From positions 1 through 14,859 of the forward strand of contig NW_021825652.1 in assembly GCF_006345805.1 (NCBI RefSeq): a DNA stretch of 14,859 nucleotides, read 5' to 3'. How positions within the stretch are numbered: the first letter of the stretch is position 1; every line of letters starts with the position of its first letter. Below the pieces are notes generated by a model. The model was not told where the DNA came from, searched no databases, and saw only the letters and a program-made list of their open reading frames with translations. The position numbers and the translations under genes were made by a program. The stretch is from Octopus sinensis (lineage: Eukaryota). Below, in pieces: positions 9,673 through 14,859 of this stretch.

Positions 9673-9824
9673 AATGTATAATATATATATATATTGGTGT
9701 GTGTACACATACATGTACTCACACACATAGACAATTTAAAAAAAAAAATCTTTATATATTATGTCCACTTTGCTTCCGGTTACAAAAACTAGTTTCTCTC
9801 TTTCTATCTCTGTCTCTCTATTTC

Positions 9825-9913
9825 CACACACACACACATACACACGCACACACACACAACACACACACACCACACACACACACATTATATATATATATAT
9901 ATTATATATAATA

Positions 9914-9963
<50 letters not shown>

Positions 9964-9975
9964 GTATATATAATA

Positions 9976-10011
<36 letters not shown>

Positions 10012-10030
10012 CATATTATATATATATAGA
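9825..10030. repeat. (CA)n followed by long (TA)n
   Basis: Seen directly. Confidence 0.95.
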
Positions 10031-10293
10031 TATCTTATGATTACACACAACATTTGACAAGTGAGGTGCAAATACCAATCACTTACTTAATTAGGTCGTA
10101 CAGTAATCAGTTTTCTGTGACAGAATCCCCGGGCAGAGAGTTTATACGACAATGAAATAAATTCCTAAAATAATAAAAAACAATTTAAAATATAACAAAA
10201 ATCTCATTTTTGCTCTTGTTATGATTTCTGCGTCTGCTTTTTCATTTTTAATTGCTTAAAATATTTTGAAGATTGAATGTCTATAATAGGAAT

Positions 10294-10324
<31 letters not shown>

Positions 10325-10670
10325 TTTGAATATCAATAAATGTATTATATATTACACGTGCACTTTGTGTATATACATAAATACATAGACACATACATAG
10401 ATACATATACATATACATATATATGAATATATATATATATTTATATATACATATATATATATTACACATATATATGGTCATCTGCGCTGAGTAGATCGGT
10501 TTCTTTATATATATATATATATAGTATCTGCCTTTTAGGCGAACGTTTTCTTTCAAATGTATGTAATCTTTTCATTGGTCGATTAAATGGAGCCGCTTGA
10601 AACGGCCTTAATGCATTGACACCCGGACATCCTTGTTACTTACTTGGGTTATGTATATATATATATATAT

Positions 10671-10812
10671 CTGCTCGACGAACAGGAACATGAAACTCTG
10701 AGTAACAGCTTTTGTTATATTTCCGCTGCTTTTAAATAATGCATAATACACTACCTCTGGTATTTGAGTACTCTATTTTCCACCTTATTTCACATTTATG
10801 TGTTTACTCCGG
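10671..10812 (+). mobile_element. Short putative interspersed repeat inserted in (TA)n
   Basis: A 142-bp complex island flanked on both sides by (TA)n, with some similarity to the reverse complement of 14082-14140 (TGAGTAC motif). Confidence 0.45.
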
Positions 10813-11049
10813 TATATATATATATATAATATATATATATGTATGTATGTATGTGTGTGTGTATGTATATATTTGAAGGGAAAGAGAGAAGAAAGAATAA
10901 GAGGCAGAGAGAAGCGTTCATGACGTGAGGTAGGGGGGGGGCTCGTAATATTTATTATGTAGTTTAAAATGTTGAAGTTAGAGGAGCAGAGTTAAAATAT
11001 ATAATTTTAGCAGAGCGGTGACGTTCCGATGGTGAGGTTAAAGGAAGTC

Positions 11050-11180
11050 AGAGACAGAGAGGGGGAGAGAGGGGGAAGGCGAATGAGGGAGGAATAGAGA
11101 GAGGAGAGAGGGGGAGAATTGATGATGGTGAAGGTGATGTGGTGGTGGTGGTGGTGGAGATAGAGGTGATGGCAGTAGTG
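11050..11180. repeat. GA-rich polypurine tract plus (GGT)n
   Basis: Seen directly. Confidence 0.85.
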
Positions 11181-12011
11181 ATTGGATAGAGAAAAGTGTA
11201 TTTTTTAAAAATTGAACTAAGTTCCGTATGCATCCCATCACCAAATACATGCGCATAAGTGCAATTCCGTGAAATATTCATGATTCTTTACGCGGCAGTC
11301 ATATGCAATTTAACTAAAGGTTGTATCATATGTACGGTATAATATTTTTTAAAATTTTGTTTAGAGGTAAAATAGAAAAAGAAAAGTGAATATTTAGCTT
11401 ATGAGTGCTGTGTATTAAAGTCTATAAAATTGTGCATAAAGTAAATAGAGTGCATATATGAAGTACATTAATTATCGTATTCCAATTTCTTTCATTTTCA
11501 ATGAGTAGCAGATGAGCGATTACCTTTCCATACAGACACAACACTAGTTACGCTTTCAGGGTTTTGGATAAAGCTTTCAGAAATAACCCAACTGGTTCAC
11601 CATTAATTCCGTGAAATATTCACGGGCCCCGCCTGTGATATATCATATCTGTATGCACACCTGCATGTCATGTGTTTATATGTCTGTTGGTACGAATCTA
11701 TATTTTTGCACCTTAAAAAGAAGTGTATTTAGCATTAGCGTTTTTGAAGTATACAAATCGACCTTTGGACACCTCTTCGCGTTATGGTCATGACCTACTC
11801 ATATTTAAATATATTTCTGTTCATATTCTTCGCTCAGTCCCTCCGGTTTCAATCAATATGTTAACTGGCTGACCATTTCGGAAAACTCCAATTATTATGC
11901 GCACTCTCCTCCATTTCTCTCCCCCATGCGCTCTCCTCCTCTATGCTCTTTATTTTTCCTCTTCTTTCTCCATCTCTTGTATTTATTTATTGACTTATTT
12001 ATTTATTAATA

Positions 12012-12412
12012 TACTCTTTACTCTTTTACTCTTTTATTTGTTTCAGTCATTTGACTGCGGCCATGCTGGAGCACCGCCTTTAGTCGAGATAACCGACCCC
12101 AGGACTTATTCTTTGTAAGCCCAGTACTTATTCTATCGGTCACTTTTGCCGAACCGCTAAGTGACGGGGATATAAACACACCAGCATCGGTTGTCAAGCA
12201 ATGCTAGGGAGACAAACACACACATACACATATATACATATAAATACATATGATGGGCTTCTTTCAGTTTCCGTCTACCAAATCCACTCACAAGGCATTG
12301 GTCGGCCCGGGGCTATAGCAGAAGACACTTGCCCAGGGTGCCACGCAGTGGGACTGAACCCGGAACCTTGTGGTTGGTAGCAAGCTACTTACCACACAGC
12401 CACTCCTGCGCC
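12012..12412 (-). mobile_element. Full-length tRNA-derived SINE (resembles octopus OR/OK-type CORE-SINEs)
   Basis: Minus strand starts GGCGCAGGAGTGGCTGTGTGGTAAG with Pol III A and B boxes. It continues with a CORE-like CCCTGGGCAAGTGTCTT segment, an internal (TA)/(TG) tract and a 3' tail of (GAGTAAA[A])n, and is flanked by TA-rich sequence. Related copies lie elsewhere in the window. The family name comes from recall, not a search. Confidence 0.92.
12350..12402 (-). promoter_or_regulatory. RNA Pol III internal promoter (A and B boxes) of the SINE
   Basis: A box TGGCTGTGTGGT (12402-12391) and B box GGTTCAGTCCC (12360-12350) with tRNA-like spacing. Confidence 0.8.
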
Positions 12413-12844
12413 TATATATCCATTTTCACTTATTTACTTACGTCTCTTTCTATATTTGTGCTTATCACGTATACAGTTACCCTTTCCAGTTTTTTTCCTT
12501 CCCTTCATTCATTCATCAATCTTGTCCCGTTTCTTCCTCATCTCCCTGCTTCTTTCTCTTCCTTCCTTTCTCAATTTATATTCCTTTTATTTTCTATGCC
12601 TTTCTTTCTCCGCTCTCTCACAACATTTCTCTTGTTTCTTTGTTTCCCATCTACTTGCCCAGAGAGATTAAGGAAAAGCGAAAGAGGTGTAAAGCATGAA
12701 AAATATATATGTGTGTGTGTATGTGTGTGTTCGTGTGTGCGTATATGTTTGTCTGTATATATAGATATAAATAAGTTCACACATAAGTATGTATGTTTAA
12801 ATTTGTAGATAGATGATTATAACAATGTATTTCCTATATATCCC

Positions 12845-12892
12845 TCTATCTGTCTTTCTATCTATATATATCTACCTGTGTGTCAATCTATC

Positions 12893-12965
<73 letters not shown>

Positions 12966-13051
12966 ATCTATATATCTATCTATCTATCTTATTATTTATT
13001 TATCTTCTATCTATCTATATAACTGTCTGCATATCTGTATATCTGACTTAC

Positions 13052-13121
<70 letters not shown>

Positions 13122-13202
13122 TTATTTATCTTTCTATCTATCTATATACCTGTCTGCCTATCTGTATATCTGACTATCTATCTATCTATCTATCTATCTA
13201 TA

Positions 13203-13234
<32 letters not shown>

Positions 13235-13252
13235 AATCTATCTATCTATCTA

Positions 13253-13306
<54 letters not shown>

Positions 13307-13385
13307 AATCCCCCCCTCTCTCTCTCTCTCTCTCTCTGTACACACAAACACACAAACACATACACACACACACACACGCGCGCGC
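12845..13385. repeat. Long (TCTA)n [GATA] tetranucleotide array followed by (CT)n, (CA)n and (CG)n
   Basis: Seen directly. It accounts for the YLSI-repeat ORFs. Confidence 0.97.
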
Positions 13386-13774
13386 AAATAGAGAATCCTA
13401 ATCAAATTCCCTAATAAAAATTGTTGTTAATAATGAACAAAGACACCACAAACACAAATCTATGAAATGAATAAAAATGATCATAGAAATCAATGAACAA
13501 ATGAGAGTGGCAATAATGTTTTGACAGACGCCACAAATCAAGATAAGTGGATGTCAACCACAGTTTTAGAATACTCTTTCTTTTGACATTCAACGGAGAT
13601 CATACCAACTGTCGTTTTTCTTGTCATTTGTGAGGCACTGTAACAACCGCCATACTATCAGCAATAAAAACGGCTTCTTATAAAAGTTACGTACATATGC
13701 ACACACACACACACACACACAATCACACACACACACACGTATGAACACGCACACACATATGTGTATATACATGT

Positions 13775-13955
13775 GTTTCAAATTTTTACAAAAACAAAAG
13801 ACGAAGACAGGTGTATGAACAACAAGCAACTGTATTAGTTTGACACTCGGGTAGGTGAGAAGGTCCTTTACGTTTCGAGCCTACGCTCTTCGACAGAAAG
13901 CTATTAGAGAAAATAGAGAGAATTAAAAGAATTTATAGATTTCAGTGATCTAGCA
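13775..13955 (-). mobile_element. Short interspersed repeat with HHR-like motif (copy 1)
   Basis: 13775-13900 aligns with 7751-7876 (GACGAAG[A/G]CAGGTGTA...ACAAGCA...TATTAGTTT.AC.CTCGG...TTTACGTTTC.AG.CTACGC...ACAGAAAG). The right boundary is approximate. Confidence 0.75.
13865..13900 (-). ncRNA. Minimal type I hammerhead-like motif with U6 variant
   Basis: Minus: CUUU CUGUCGA A GAGC-GUAG-GCUC GAA ACGU A^AAGG. Stem I has 4 bp (one G-U), stem II has 4 bp, stem III is the palindrome ACGU, and the triplet is GUA. Confidence 0.7.
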
Positions 13956-13988
13956 TGTATCTTCATATATCTTTTCCATTTCTGATGT

Positions 13989-14005
13989 ACACACACACAC
14001 ACACA

Positions 14006-14055
<50 letters not shown>

Positions 14056-14081
14056 ATATATATATTATATATATTATATAT
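13989..14081. repeat. (CA)n(TA)n microsatellite
   Basis: Seen directly. Confidence 0.95.
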
Positions 14082-14218
14082 TAGAAGAGATGAGGTACTC
14101 AGAAATCTGGAGGGTTTATATTTACAGATATTTATTAGTATGTTACATGTTTTTATAAATCATATATCATATAAAAAATAGCGCTTTCGTCCACTCTAGT
14201 GGAGTCTTCAAATTGAAC
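14082..14218 (-). mobile_element. Short putative repeat with degenerate HHR-like motif and downstream AATAAA
   Basis: Minus 14214-14177: AAU UUGAAGA C-UCCAC-UAGA-GUGGA-C GAA AGCGCU A. Stem III is the palindrome AGCGCU. AATAAA lies at 14136-14131, and the element is flanked by (TA)n tracts. Confidence 0.6.
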
Positions 14219-14859
14219 TAACTGTATATATATATATCTACATTTCGAACCTCTCAATCCTACCCGCCAGAGTGTAGCTAACGCGGTCTTACCCTATCAT
14301 AAAACGACAAAAGCTACAGGTCAAGTTTACAGGTCAATTTTTCTGAATAAATGGTTTCATTTGTTGACATGACAAAATTCCCCAGATTTGATCTCTCTTA
14401 CATGGAATATTTATTGCTATACGAAGATTTAAATACTTCATAAAGTGAACCATAAACAATACCTGTTAATTGAAATTTATACAAGTATTACGACGGAATG
14501 TTGTTAACGTTAATTTTCCATTTTATCATTATCAAGCTACAGAACGAGGAAATTTAAATTTGTGTAATTTCAATTACTTTTCATAAATTACAAGGTTATA
14601 TTTTATGAAATACATCTAGGTTTTCTTCTCTTTCTTTACCTTCTTTAAATAGTATTGTCATTAGCGCTAGTAATATTTTTTTCTATACGCGTGAATTTCA
14701 ATTAATTTCAAATTTCCGATATCACACTATAGGGTTAATAAAATAGGTTAGTCTTCACTAAACTGTTTCTTTCTCTGGCTGAAGATATATTCGGGAAAAT
14801 TTTCGATGTAATTATGAGTTTCAAATACGATCAAAAGCCCTTCTGAACGCACTATCCTC

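Noticed and set aside
12340-12412. tRNA gene
   Set aside because: A and B boxes are present, but it continues into the SINE body and lacks a proper acceptor stem, so it is a SINE head.
12329-12808. 159-aa and overlapping F/S/L-rich ORFs
   Set aside because: They start in the antisense SINE head and run through a pyrimidine-rich low-complexity tract.
12813-13414. YLSI-repeat ORFs
   Set aside because: Translation of the (TCTA)n array.
14779-14815. CTGAAGA followed by an imperfect hairpin on the plus strand
   Set aside because: No GAAA after the hairpin and no stems I or III, so it is not a hammerhead.
1-14859. CRISPR array or prokaryotic operon/defence system
   Set aside because: The sequence is eukaryotic repeat-rich DNA with no regularly spaced repeat-spacer array and no gene-dense coding.

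Overview
AT-rich, microsatellite-dense eukaryotic non-coding DNA (intronic or intergenic). The SINE sequence matches my recollection of octopus tRNA-derived CORE-type SINEs, so a cephalopod origin is likely but inferred. No intact host gene is evident, and almost all listed ORFs are translations of (TA)n, (CA)n or (TCTA)n tracts. Recognisable content: a 5'-truncated, decayed mariner (DD34D) transposase with its right end (~7877-8645); one full-length SINE (12012-12412, minus) plus several partial or older copies; and a set of minimal type I hammerhead-ribozyme (HHR)-like motifs. The HHR-like motifs are the main signal. They occur at six sites in four otherwise dissimilar short repeats, all on the minus strand, and include a 356-bp tandem unit with one HHR per unit (3326-3890), as in non-LTR retrozymes and Penelope-like element termini. 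Several carry non-canonical core bases (G3, U6, U3). All structures were read by eye and none has been folded computationally or tested.
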